DNA from: Pelomyxa schiedti | Taxonomy: Eukaryota; Protista; Evosea | DNA length: 55,182 nt | Direction of reading: 5' to 3' | Assembly (NCBI GenBank): GCA_020536535.1 | Contig: JAHLWZ010000030.1 | Coordinates: forward strand, 1-55,182 | In this document: positions 34,997-46,769 of the stretch, piece after piece | Layout of the letters: each line of letters opens with the position of its first letter | How positions within the stretch are numbered: position 1 is the first letter of the stretch | Notes under the pieces: model-generated | What the model saw: only the letters and a program-made list of their open reading frames with translations | What the model was told of the DNA's origin: nothing | Database searches by the model: none | Position numbers and translations under genes: made by a program

Positions 34997-37900
34997 TCAG
35001 GGCAGTGATGGGGAGATGAGATCCCACAGTCTGAGGAGGGAAGACATTGCGGGCCTCGACTCATGGTCCACTGTCCAACACGATGTCATGACTTGCTTGG
35101 CCCATTCTGGTGTCATTGTTTCGGCACCTGTGAACATCGGCACGATGGTGCAGCCTGTCTTCACCGCCGCAACTGTTCCCACACGTTGTGGCTCCACTCT
35201 GATGGTTTCGCATTGTGGGTGCGGCATCGCGGATTTGTGCGGGTGGAATTTTCCGGCAGGGTGGCCTATTGTCACTTTGATTTCAACCAAGGGATTGGCC
35301 GGGTGGTGCACAAGTTGATGCGCCAGAACACCTGAACCTGTGTGAGTATCAGAAAGGGGTGACTGCAATACACACACCAAAGTTCCACACATCTGTCTTG
35401 GGATCGCCTGTGCCGGTGCCGGTTCCGGTTCCGGTTCGGAAGGGGGGTTCCGGAAATGAGTTGTGGGTGCTGTTTTTGTTGTTGGATTTGTGGGAGGTGG
35501 TTGTGGTATGTTCTGGCGGCGATCGGCATCCAAAGAATCCAAACTATTCAATTGTGAATTCCCCGGCAATCCGGGTTGCTTTGAAGCAAGAAGGGGAAGA
35601 AAACCTTTGCCCAAGGTCCGGTTGCTGATTCCTGAAGTGATGTGATCCAAATGCATCCTGTGTTAATGGTTGGTTAGGTGTTGTGGCGACACATGTAGGG
35701 AAAACAAACCGTCTTCAAGGAACAGTCCATTGTGAACGAGAGGAGGCTGTTGCAAGTGGAGGTGCTCCAGTCCTTTTGCAACGTCTCTCAGAATTTTCTC
35801 CCTCAAACTCATTGTCAAGAGACTCCCAATGAGTGAGGACACTTCGGTGGAAGGTCTCGGCATCAGTAGTTCCCTCAGGTTGAGTGGTGAATCGCCGACG
35901 AAGCTCTGAGCAATTTCCGGTGGAAGGATATTTGGAAGAAGCACTGGAGGTAACTGCGCAGGCACCACCCACAACTTTGTTTCATCATGAATGCGCGCAC
36001 CTGTGTAGTTCACGAGTTCACATGGGTGTTTGTAGATCGAAGACACCACCCTGTTTGGAATCTCCCTCCAAACAGAAAGCACAAGCAGTATTGCCTCCAG
36101 CACCAGTGGCACCTTCTCACCCTCGTAAATCAAGATTTTGCCATCGTTCACAGAATCAGTAGATGTTGCGCCAGTCGTGAGGTAAGCAAGTTCAGGAGCA
36201 ATGACCGTCAGTTTCACGGGTGGGGCACTTTCTTCCCCTCGGGGGCATTTGATGCTACGTTCTCCGTGCAGTGCGGCCCTGAGTACGTCACCCTCTCGAA
36301 GGAATTTCATGTCAGCTGAGCTCTCTTCATTGTAGAGGAAATTCTTCAAGCAATGGGGACACGGGAAGACCTGGGCTGGTGAGAGGTCGTTGACTTGGAA
36401 AAATCTGTTGAGCCATATCAGCACATGGGCTCCCAGGTTGATCCCAAACGAGGGACAGTCACTGGCTTCAGGGTCTGCATCAAAGGTTGTTCTCATGAAC
36501 ATGTCGATTGACAGCCCGTCTTTTGGAGATGTGACGAGAAGATCCTGTGTTATACCATCACCCCTCTGGGATACCCACAGGCCAGTCTTCCAAAACACCT
36601 CTGGTTGAACTCCTTGAACCTGTTGCAACATATTCATCAGTTGAGGGAGGATCCCTTCATGAATACTTGTAAGCTGGAAGCACCTCCCATTCAGAATGGT
36701 TTTGTCCTTGCTGGGTGACAGATTCACGGTGTTAGGTCGCCAGAGTGCAATCATTCTTGCAACTGACGAGTTGGGGTTATCCCAGTCAGGCAGCAGACAG
36801 AAGGAAAGGTAAGGAATGTCTTCACATGTGAACCCCAAGTGCAACCCCTGAAGAAGAGATGACTTCCAAGAAGAAGACAGTCCTGGTAAATCGCCTTGAT
36901 CATTCAGGAATTCCTTGGCACATAACACCATTCCATTGCGGTGCTGCACAGGGGGAATGGTAGTCAGGGCCTTGTAACGTTGTTTCTGGAGTGTGTCCAC
37001 GGCTAACCCACCAGAACCAACAAATGCAGTGAGGTAATAAGACAACTTGTTGAACCACTCTGGATTGATAACAACGAACTGAGACAAGTTCTGGGGGGAT
37101 GAGTTTGACCAGAGGGGATGCCTGAAGTGGATGATGGATCCTGTGTCTGACAGGAAATCACAGCACATCTCGAGGTCAACCTCTGATTTAGTTCCACCGC
37201 CACGTGGTACACCAACACCACACGAAACAGCCAGTCGAACAAAGTCAGTCCACTTCATGATGCCTCCCTGGGCCACCCTCAGCCTCTTGGAGAATCTGAT
37301 CCACCTTGGTGAAACTGGCCTTGCGGTTTCTCTGGCAATCTTTTCCAGGAGTTGAGGTATCCTTCCAATTTGCTTTCCTGTGGCTGGTGTGCTCATTGAA
37401 GGCTCTTCAAAAGTTAATGGAGTGGAATCAGAGAACCACTCAAATGCCTGACAGGTGCTAACAACATAAACTCCACGCAAGGTGATGTTCTTGAAACGGT
37501 CTGATGAATTAAGAATGGAGTTCCACACAGTTTCTACAAACGTTTTCTGGCTGTCAGTGAACACTTTGGAAGTACAGAATATGAGGAGTATAATTTGGGT
37601 TGGCCCGCGGTCACTTGATTGACTGCACCTGGATATTTCATCAAGCCAGAAGAACAATCCCTTTGGGGGTTCGTTATCAAAAGAGCAGAACAGCAAGAAA
37701 ATAGACTGACTGCAGAAAAAGCACGGTAAAAACTGGAATTTTTCAGCTGAGTTGGAAAAAGTGAGTGGACTGAAAAGACAAAAAGGGGGCATAACAGACC
37801 CAAGGTCCACACTGTCCACGTGGGTGACCCTTTGTTGTGCATCTTGAAATCCTGCTGAACGTTGATGACCTCCAGTTCATTGCCCTTTATTTTGGGGTTG

Positions 37901-39357
37901 TTGAATCTCAGTTTGTGTCTCTTGTCTTTCAAGCACTTCAAGACCTCTGCCTGAAAATCCTTGTGATCCCCAAAGCAAATGAGTTTTCTGGAATTCGAAA
38001 ACGTAGGAGACTCCCCAAAGAGCATGCGGTGCATACCCCATCCAGCTGGTTCATCCCTGTCAAACAGGGCAACTTCCTGTATTTTGGCACGGGGAAGCCA
38101 CTGTGGAAGTTGAGTGATGGAGTTTTTACGAAGGTCCAGCTGCAGACATGTTATTCCCGAGAGCTGTTCTGGTACTGATTTCAAATTCAGGCCCCCAAGG
38201 GTGACGTCCTCGTGTTCCATTGCTTTTGCCAGTATAAGCTCGGTGATTGCAGGCCAGTTTTTCACTTGAATCCATCTCCTCAGTGCCGGCCCCGCAACTG
38301 AAATCCCTGCATGGTACACGTCATTGCTCACATGGTCTTGGAAAATTCGAATAAATTTATTCCTGACACTGGAAGGAGGCATCTCTGTTATATCAAGCCC
38401 GGTCCCATGTGGCATAACTGATTCTACATTTCTGTGATGAATGCGGTACTGCACCATAATTGGGGTGGGCTAATATACCGTAGCCTGGGAGTTTTGCCGT
38501 TTCGAGTATCGAGCGAAATAATCCCGGTGGTGTGCGTGGTTGCCCTTCTTTGGTGATCCCTTTCAACAACTTGAATGCACCGATCTGTTTGTTGCGATTT
38601 GGAGTGAGATGGTGGTCGTAAGATATTCCAAGATAGGAGACAAGCAACGCACCGAAAACGCCACAATAAAGGCGACTTCCCTGTCTTTCTTCCCACTGGA
38701 AATCCCACAATCCACGAGCAACAGATTCCCGGCTTCAGCCGCCGCCGTCGCATTGGCCTCCACATCCGAAGCTGCGCCTCCATAAAGCGAGGCCAGGCCA
38801 GGAACCAGGCTATCAAAGCACCGAACCACACTAGGGGTCTTTTCCATGGCCACAACAACAACAACAACACCGCGTCCACTTCCCACAATACTGGCGTTGG
38901 CGTTGCGCTTCCTTGCCGCGGTGTTTGCGGCCCTCCACCCATTCCTGTTCAGCCTCACCCTCACGCTCCCACCCCCCCCACCCCTTCCCCCGGTCGCTGT
39001 TGCTGTTTCCGCGGCGGTGGTTGCTCCTGCTGCTACCGGTGGTGGCGGCGGTGTCGGTGTCGTTTGGGGGAGGGGGGAACTGTCTTGGGGGCTGTGGTCC
39101 CAGCAGTAGGGATCTTGGTCAGGGAGGGTGATGGCGAGGTCGCCCTTGGCTTGGTCCGCGTCGGCCGTGACCCCGCGCGCCGCGAGTTCGTCGAACAGCG
39201 AGGATATGCACTCGGGGTTCCCGATGAAAACACACTCCACTACCACCTGCCCCCTCCCCTCGCTGCTCTCGGCACCTTCGCCCTCGCTCGGCTGGTGGCT
39301 GTGGTGGCGGCCGCGGTGGGGAGGCAGCGGTTGGCTGTCGGCGCCGCGCTTCTTCAT
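34997..39357 (-). CDS. Roco-like pseudoenzyme copy H (apparently intact)
   Basis: ORFs 38563-39417, 38393-38710, 37534-38457, 35663-37819 and 34997-35656 join in frame through the conserved introns (e.g. WTL|AEKFQFLPCFFC). Confidence 0.85.
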
Positions 39358-39447
39358 CTGCCGAGATTGGTTGGTTTTCTTGCTGTTTCGTTCTTGTTCG
39401 AAACAAGAAAAACCCAAGAACAGCCGGTACAGATAAGATAGATAGAT

Positions 39448-40936
39448 TCAGTTGTTGTTTGTGGTTGTGGTTGCTGTTGTGGGTGTTGTAGATGGTAAGG
39501 GGGGTTGGTCTGTTTCGACGTCTAGGGAGCAGAGCTCAGCGACATTGACCTTTGGGGCTGAGTCCATGCTGAGCCTCTTGAGCACTTTGTCCTTGTCCTT
39601 GTCTATTTGTGCTGTGCCCAGAAACACCATGGCATTGAGGAAGCCTTGGGCGGGCATGACGAAGCTACCAACGGCCTTCCTCCACGGCGTGCCTCCATTG
39701 TCTATCTGAGAGCACACTCTGTTGTTGTGTATATTGATTGCGTTAGGGATATTGAATTTGGGGTTGGCGGTGGCATTGCATGGGAGAAAAAAAAAGTGTA
39801 TAGTAATGGACGCATGTGTGAAGATAGATGGGAAGCGCCTAGCACTCAATGCGGTGTTGTTATTTTATACGCAGATGTAAGGTATAATGTAATTATTGGG
39901 GTAATGTGTAAAATATTTTGACTGGAGGCAACACACGTTAAGATAATCATGATGAGAGGGTAAAGAATTATCTGCCGGAATGCAGGCACCACAAACCTCT
40001 CTTTTTTATGTTTGATGATGCTTATCTGATAAGCGCGTATCAGTATGGCTATGTAGGCAACACGTTTTACCTGCGGTTGGGTGTCTTTCCATGCGCCACT
40101 TTGAAACCGCAGTTTAACTGCAAGAACTCCAAGGACGACGTATATTATCAAGGCTGCCGCAAGGGTTGTCCATCCCCAGACAATGGAGAGGCTCCAGGCA
40201 AGCCCCGGGTATTTTCCTACATTTATCCAGCACCTAAGGTGTTGAGTAATACTGTTGAACAGAAACAGATAACTACTTACCAAGCATTAGCATAAGAATA
40301 GCCATCTTTCCGGACGAATACGAGACAGGAGAGAAGAGTGGGGAAACCCCAAGCTAAAGCAGTCCAAGCCAGCTCCACTTTTATGTTAGGGACAGATTTC
40401 CAAATTGTTATCCACAGAAGTATTATAGCCAAGAAAACCGTCCACAACTGTGAGCAAAATACAGAGACATTGTTGATGAAACCTGCAAGCTGTCACCAGT
40501 ACCACTCTCGATAGTGTGGACACACCATCAAAGTCACAGACCCAGTCATCCAATTCATATATTCTTATAGGAGGCCCAAGGAACTTGAGAAAAGAAACAA
40601 GAAGGATTAGGAAAAAAAAAACATGAAAAAGCCGAGTCAAATAAAGGTTGCCAAAAATTGAACTTCAAAGAAAGACTCACCACACTGAAGCAGAGTAATA
40701 AGTCTGCCACGGCAGTATAAACCACAGTGCGCCAATACACGAGGTGCAACCTGCCCATCAGCACACACCCAACAATAACAACAACACATCCAACAACTGA
40801 CAGGCCTGAACTCACAAGCCCACACACCTAATTTGTGTTTGTTTTGGCCGCCTTCAATTATTGAAACGAAAGTATATACGCGAAAAATGTTTTTTTTAAT
40901 AGTGAAAAGAAGTACCTCGTCACTATCTAGTTTCAT
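39448..40936 (-). CDS. 7TM receptor, cAMP-receptor-like/GCR1-type GPCR (multi-exon)
   Basis: TM1 LSVVGCVVVI; TM2 AVADLL; Cys before TM3 (WVCDFDG); ECL2 CWI; TM6 IILYPLIMII; TM7 PAQGFLNAMVF, typical of the Dicty_CAR/GCR1 family. Some exon boundaries approximate. Confidence 0.75.
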
Positions 40937-41500
40937 TCTAATAGTCGGTAGCTATACTACACAAATACAACTTGGGGTGATGGTGGTGGAGTGGCGGTTA
41001 TGGGATGTACAACGGTGGTGACGGTGTTGTGTTAGTTGTCAATTGATAAACGTGATATCAAGTGCTGTCCTTGTGCACCTTACGATTCCGTGGCACCATA
41101 ACACGGCTTCGCCTAACTGTACTTTCTCCTTTTTTCACCCTTGTGTACCTCAGGCTCAGTAGTGCCTCAACTGGGGAAAGATATCCACACGATGAGGGGC
41201 ACACATGCGGGTACTGGATTCAATCAGGAAAGAGGCTACTGTGCTAACACTAAAAATATCTCTTAAATCTTTTGCGCAAAAGCCGAAGAGAAAAAAAAAT
41301 TAAAAAAAACCCCTCAACCAAAATCGCGTTGACAACACGCGCCGCGGACCGAGTATGTTGCAGTCAAACTCCACAACGCACCACACAAACACCAAATTAT
41401 GGGATGCTTCTTTTTTGTTTGTTTGCCATTATCACTTCTGTTGTTTTTCTTTGCACCCCTTTTGTAGCTGACACAACTAATACGTTGCTATCACGATAGA

Positions 41501-43165
41501 ATGGAACGTATTAGGAAGTTACCGTCGAAATTGAAGAAATTGTTGTTGGCAGCACATGGATTCCGACTTCACGGTTCCCTCTCGAAGTCAAAGAAACATA
41601 GCAAGCTCGACAAGGAAATGGTACCGCGCTACGCTCTCTCACATAATGAGATTTTTTATTTGTATCACGATATCTCGGTACTGACTCATGGGATAGGAGA
41701 GGCTAGTCAGTACGTTTGCTGGGAAATACATTTGCTCGTACATGAGCAAGGAGGAGTTGAAGCAGGTCGTTGTTTTCGTGGACGACGCTACGCACAAGTA
41801 CACTTCAAAATCGGCTTTTATCAAGTACTTTGTTGCAGACATTGCAAATTGTGGGATCAAGGTTATTTCCCGAGGTTGCGTTTGACCTATTCCTGACATT
41901 TCACAGAATTTCCTGGAGGAGCAGAAAGAGGAGGAGGGCACACTTGCCATCATTGCCAGAATTCTCTACATAAACGAAAAGTAACCTCACACCCTCCAGT
42001 TTGTGCTTTAACTGTATTCTTCAAGTTGCGACGATCTTAAGAAACGCATTGCAGAAGAGCTGGAAATACATGGAATTAAGGAATTCCTACAGCCGGTATG
42101 AAGATTTTTATTTTATTTTTGAGTTTTACTCTGTACTAGGCAAGCACTACAGTTCTCACTGACTGCTGTGACCATATGGGATTTACTGTGAAGAAGGGTC
42201 ATACAAAGGTGCAACTTATTGATGCCATTGCTACTGGATCGGTGTGCATTATCTGGCCTCTTTAACTTGCGTAACAATTTGTAGATCGGGAAAGCTGCTC
42301 ATAAAACAAAACCCGTTATCAAAATTAGCAAACACAAACCGGAAATTAGCAAGGGAATTTCCAAGGTTGATCTCTTCCACTACTATGGCCTAGGTACCTT
42401 CTTTCTAAGCATTTTCCGACTAACAAGCACAGAAAAATTGGCCAAGTTTTGCAAGACCCACAAAATCAAGTCTTCTGGCTCCAAGAAGGTATTTATTAAG
42501 TTACCTAGTAGAGTGTAATTTATTCCACACAGGTTCTCATGGAACGCATCCTGGCCTATTTGGAAGGAGACGACACAGTTCTTGTTGGACACAAGAAGCC
42601 AAAGAAGCCCAAGAAGAAGGCAACAAAGAAGAAGGGGAAAAAGGGGGGAAAGACCAAGAAGGACAAGGAGAGTGAGAGTGAGTCTGGTAGTGAGGGAGAA
42701 GGCAAAGAAACCGGGACCGAGGAAGAAGGGGAAGGAAAAGCCAAACCGGCAGCCGAGGGCGACCCTAAGGTGTCCAAAAAGCCCGAGGAAGAAGAGGAAG
42801 AGGGCAAACCGAAGGCGGAAGAGGAAGAAAGGGAGGAGCCGGAACCAGACAAGACAGACAAGAAACTCGAAAGAACCAAGTCCAAGAAGGCCGCGGAATC
42901 CTCTAGCGAAAGCGAGAGCGAGAAGGACACCAAGAAGAAGCACAAGGACAAGAAAGGAAAGAAGAAGCACGCGAGTTCCGAGAGTTCAAGCGAGGAAGAG
43001 GACACCAAAGCCAAGATCTCCAGGAAGAAGTCCACCACAACATCAACCACCTCCACATCATCCACAGAGGAGGCCGGCAGGAAGAGGCCCCCTACATCAC
43101 CAGCGGAAAAAACATCTGAAGAAAACCCCAAGGAACCAGAGCCAAAGAAGGGCCGCAAAGGTTAA
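41501..43165 (+). CDS. Hypothetical chromatin-type protein with SAP-like motif and K/E/S-rich tail (multi-exon; start uncertain)
   Basis: Spliced KPEISKGISKVDLFHYYGL|EKLAKFCKTHKIKSSGSKK|VLMERILAYLEG resembles a SAP helix-loop-helix; long charged low-complexity C-terminal exon 42533-43165. Confidence 0.6.
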
Positions 43166-43326
43166 ATTCCGCACATACAATTACACCACTTTCCCCTTTG
43201 TTTGTTTCCCTATGTAGACTTCTTCACATAAGGGAAGTAATAAAAAAAAACCTTTTTTTTCCCACGTGAAGTTATTATCTTTTCTTCTGTTGTTACACTC
43301 ATACACAAAGGCAAGGTAGCCCTCTT

Positions 43327-45947
43327 TCATTGGTTTGATGGTGGGTTATCTCCATAGGCTTCTTGTAAATTGTGCATAACCATTTGTTCAAATTCTGGAG
43401 AAACGCCTTTGCTTTCAGAGAGTTTGTCATTGGTGTGTTTTTCTATAATGTATTTAGAAATTGTGGATTATAGGGTAAATGTAAAGGACTGGTTAGGTTG
43501 ATGCTGGGAATACCTTCCAAGAAGCAGATGAATACGGTGTCAGCCGCAACGTTTACAATGTGGGAAGATATGGTGAATATTGTACCACTGAGGGCAATGA
43601 CTACAATAAGAGTAACCCCACTTATACCACCATAAACTGCTTGGCACGTCACAGCTGCAAGATTTACGTGAGGTTTACATGTGTTTGAATGCGGGGAATA
43701 CCAACAATAAAGCAGCTTAGTACTGTACAAAGTAGCACTCCGAAGTAAACAACTAGAAGTGGTAAAAAGTCTAGATATTTGCTTATGAACTGGCGCACCA
43801 TATTCACTGACGAAATTTAATATCACAGTGCGCAGTAAGTTCTGTGTGATGTAGCAAAAGGTTTTGTATGTGCTAAAACAAAATCCATTTCCGTGCATTC
43901 CTGAAGATAATATTGTAAGTTCAGAGACTCGAATTGATCCATACCAATGTATATGTAAGCATATTTGTTCACAAACTTTACTGGTCGCAAAATACATGAA
44001 ACGCATACGCAATTTACACACTTGGAAACCTATCTCATTTTAATACTTCATAAGAAAAGTTTGGACACCAACCTTATTTTGGCAAGCGCAGGACGTCATG
44101 TGACTGACAACAAAGTTGATAAATTGAAAAGTGGCAACAATCAAACTGCCAAAAGCCTGCACAAACTGCTAAGTATCATCTTGTAAATAGGGAAATTAAC
44201 AAGTGAGCCAAGGGAGAGAGTAAATGCCCTCAGCAATGCCGTAAGAGCATTAGAGCCTGTAAATTGTAAGCTCATGTTCAAAAAAAAACAAAAGTAACTC
44301 ACCAATATCTTTGCGTGAGAAATACCACCGTGACACAACAGCTGCGGTTGTCATTTGAAAGACTGCACTCAAAAACGAGCATGTCCAAAAAAGAGCTTCT
44401 GATTGTAAGAGGGAGAAAAACGTGTTTGTTTGGACAAGACCAAAAACATTGAAGAATATCAGCTTCTGGATAGATGTCTTAAACAGAACATATTCTTGGC
44501 TTCCACTTCCTTTTGTTGCGGTAAATAGAAGCACATTTCATGTTCACCTACCAATAGGGATTATAATTTCGGATTCTGGGATACTACACAGATAGTGAGA
44601 AAAGTGACGTGGAAAATACCAGGTACCTAAAGAGATATATCAAAGATGCTGTCCACATAATTATATACAATACGAACAGGATGACCAACAGTGTAGCCAA
44701 AAAAAGTATCTGCAGGTTACCGTTGATGGCTGTTGCTGCTTCCTTTTGATTTTTGTTTCTTACTGTAAGGTGATGTGTGATTAATTTTGAACAGACCTGT
44801 ATGAGAAGGCACGTGAGATGCAATCTTGACCGTAAGGATATAGCTAAAACACATAGAAGCACAACTAGTATCTACTTTATACAATGAGAACAGCCAATTA
44901 GCAAGAAGTCACACAAGTAGCAAAAATCCAATTACAATCAATCCGGTATAAGAATGCCTAAAGCCTACACCAATGCAATATAAGCCACCCGCGAGCGTTC
45001 CAGTAATGGAAACAATTATTGTTGCCCTATAGGTACATTTAGATTGACACATATGGAATACTGGAATACCAAATGGCTATGGAAGTAAGTAACCTCATGG
45101 TATAAATCCAAACCACTGCCACAGTAACGGAGAGAAGTAGACCCCCAAGTAAAGTTGGATAATCTGACAGGAGATAAGAATCCTCAAAGACAGGAAAAGA
45201 CACTTTCTACCTTCTTTGAGCTGGGCTACTGAGTTCTGCATAAAAGATTGTGTCTGACGAGTTATGTTAGAAGTTTGGGACACATAGGAATATCCTACTG
45301 ATTTAAAAAAAAAAAAAAAAAAATAAATAAAATAAATAAAAGAAATAAATAATCAAACCAGTCCCACCAACCAACCAGGGAAATAGACAAGTCTCTCCAA
45401 TAGTCATTCGGCATCAGCCAAGTTGGGTCGCCCCTTTCGAACGCCACGCCGGCAATGCACGCCCACACAACCTCGACCACAACAAACACCACGCACATGG
45501 CCACGTCCCTCCACCCCCCAAACACCCCCCAGTCCCCAAACACAACCGCCTGCCCCCCCCCCGCCGTGCCCCCCCCCCGCCCCCGCAGCAGCAACAACAA
45601 CAACCACCCCCGCTGCCCCTGCCTTGTTGCTCTATCACTGTCACCGACACGTAGTCCATGTCCATGTCCATGTCCATGTCCACGTCGCCGCCCCCGATCG
45701 CCGCCCCCGCCCCTGCCCCGCCGTGTCGCCCTCCCCCTCCCTTGGTTGTTGCTTGCACGGCGGCCAGCAGTGGCGGGCCCTGTGGTGCTGCTGCTGCTGC
45801 GGCGGCGTCGGCCTCGGCGGTGACTGCGACAAGCATGCGGGGTGGCTGGTAGTCCCCCCCATCCGACGTCGTCGTGGTGGTTGTGTGTGGTGCTGTGGGC
45901 CACCCGTACTGCCCCGTTGTGTCCTCCTCGCCGCCTGCTGTTAGCAT
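43327..45947 (-). CDS. Choline transporter-like (CTL/SLC44/Pns1) family membrane protein (many exons)
   Basis: GDPTWL (GDPxRL-like); RLHLTCLLIQ..EAATAI; FWTCSFLSAVFQMTTAAVVSRWYF; RAFTLSLGS; VAADTIFICFLE. A frame change in the poly-G region near 45555-45585 is needed. Confidence 0.8.
45654..45683 (-). repeat. (ATGGAC)n repeat encoding DMDMDMDMD in the CTL N-terminus
   Basis: Plus strand gtccat x4 plus gtccac. Confidence 0.9.
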
Positions 45948-46769
45948 CGCCCCCGATAACAAAAAAAACCGAAAAAATTCATTTCTTCTACTCTTGCTGT
46001 ACCAGTAAAAACAAACTAAGTCGAGCAGCGCGATTGTGCATCTCCACACCGTGCCACAAAAAAGGTTGCGGTGCACTGTGCCACAATCATCGTAGTTCGT
46101 TTAAGAATAAAGGTGTGGAGTCGTTAAGGAACAAAGAAGGGAACCTAGAACGTGGTCTTCAGCAATACCTCCCTCGGCAGTGCGATCACTGCCGTTGCTT
46201 GTTCCCCGTAGTTGCTTTCGCCGCTAAAAAACATCATTTCCCCGAAAAACACAAAAACGCCACATCAGGGGGAGAGGGGGGAAGGGAACCACAGCACACC
46301 CAACAAGCCAAAAATCACCCAGGTCGTGGTGAATTTGGGGTGAGGGTGGTTGTCAGGGTTATTGACCCAAAAAAACCCACTCCCCACAAAAAATCCAACA
46401 GAAATCCAAATGCAGACTAACAACATGTTGTTTGCTCCGTTTGTGCCCCTTCGTACTTCTTCAAAACGACCACCAACGTTGTTGTTGGCCCACGAGCACT
46501 AGTACACCAATAGTGCATGCATAGCACAGACTTCAGCTCCGCGCACTTATCGCACTACCGGCATTGCGCAGCACCACTTTTGTTTTTTTTGTGTATTTTT
46601 TGGAAGAAGAAATCTCTTTCCCTGAAACATGAATCTTTTCACTACGAAAAACTACTGACCCACAATTGTACAGCCGGAGGGGGGCTAAATAAGACGCGAG
46701 CTGAGGCACACAATAAAATCACCGGCGCAGGGCCAGGCGCATAACGTTTTTGTCATTCGCCTTTTACTA

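Noticed and set aside
34055-35064. Many long overlapping or antisense ORFs in GC-rich exon-1 regions (also 14725-15594, 24362-24979, 45404-45944)
   Set aside because: Shadow ORFs caused by stop-codon scarcity in GC-rich coding DNA; no recognisable motifs.
34997-35656. ORF-track peptides MHLDHITSG..LDSLDA..Q[TM]CGTLV (also at 213-419, 1314-1856, 5946-6479, 19937-20407, 30430-30888)
   Set aside because: These read exons 5-6 in the wrong frame. Splice-site phases force CIWITSL..PWAK|FGFFG..KTDVWNFG, which matches kinase subdomains VII-IX.
1-39357. Array interpreted as a transposon, retroelement, CRISPR or viral insertion
   Set aside because: No transposase, RT, integrase or capsid motifs, no terminal repeats and no repeat-spacer pattern; the units are spliceosomal-intron-containing cellular genes.
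42383-43217. Antisense and alternate-frame ORFs (F/L/S-rich, R-rich) over the K/E-rich exon
   Set aside because: Expected shadows of a purine-rich low-complexity coding region.
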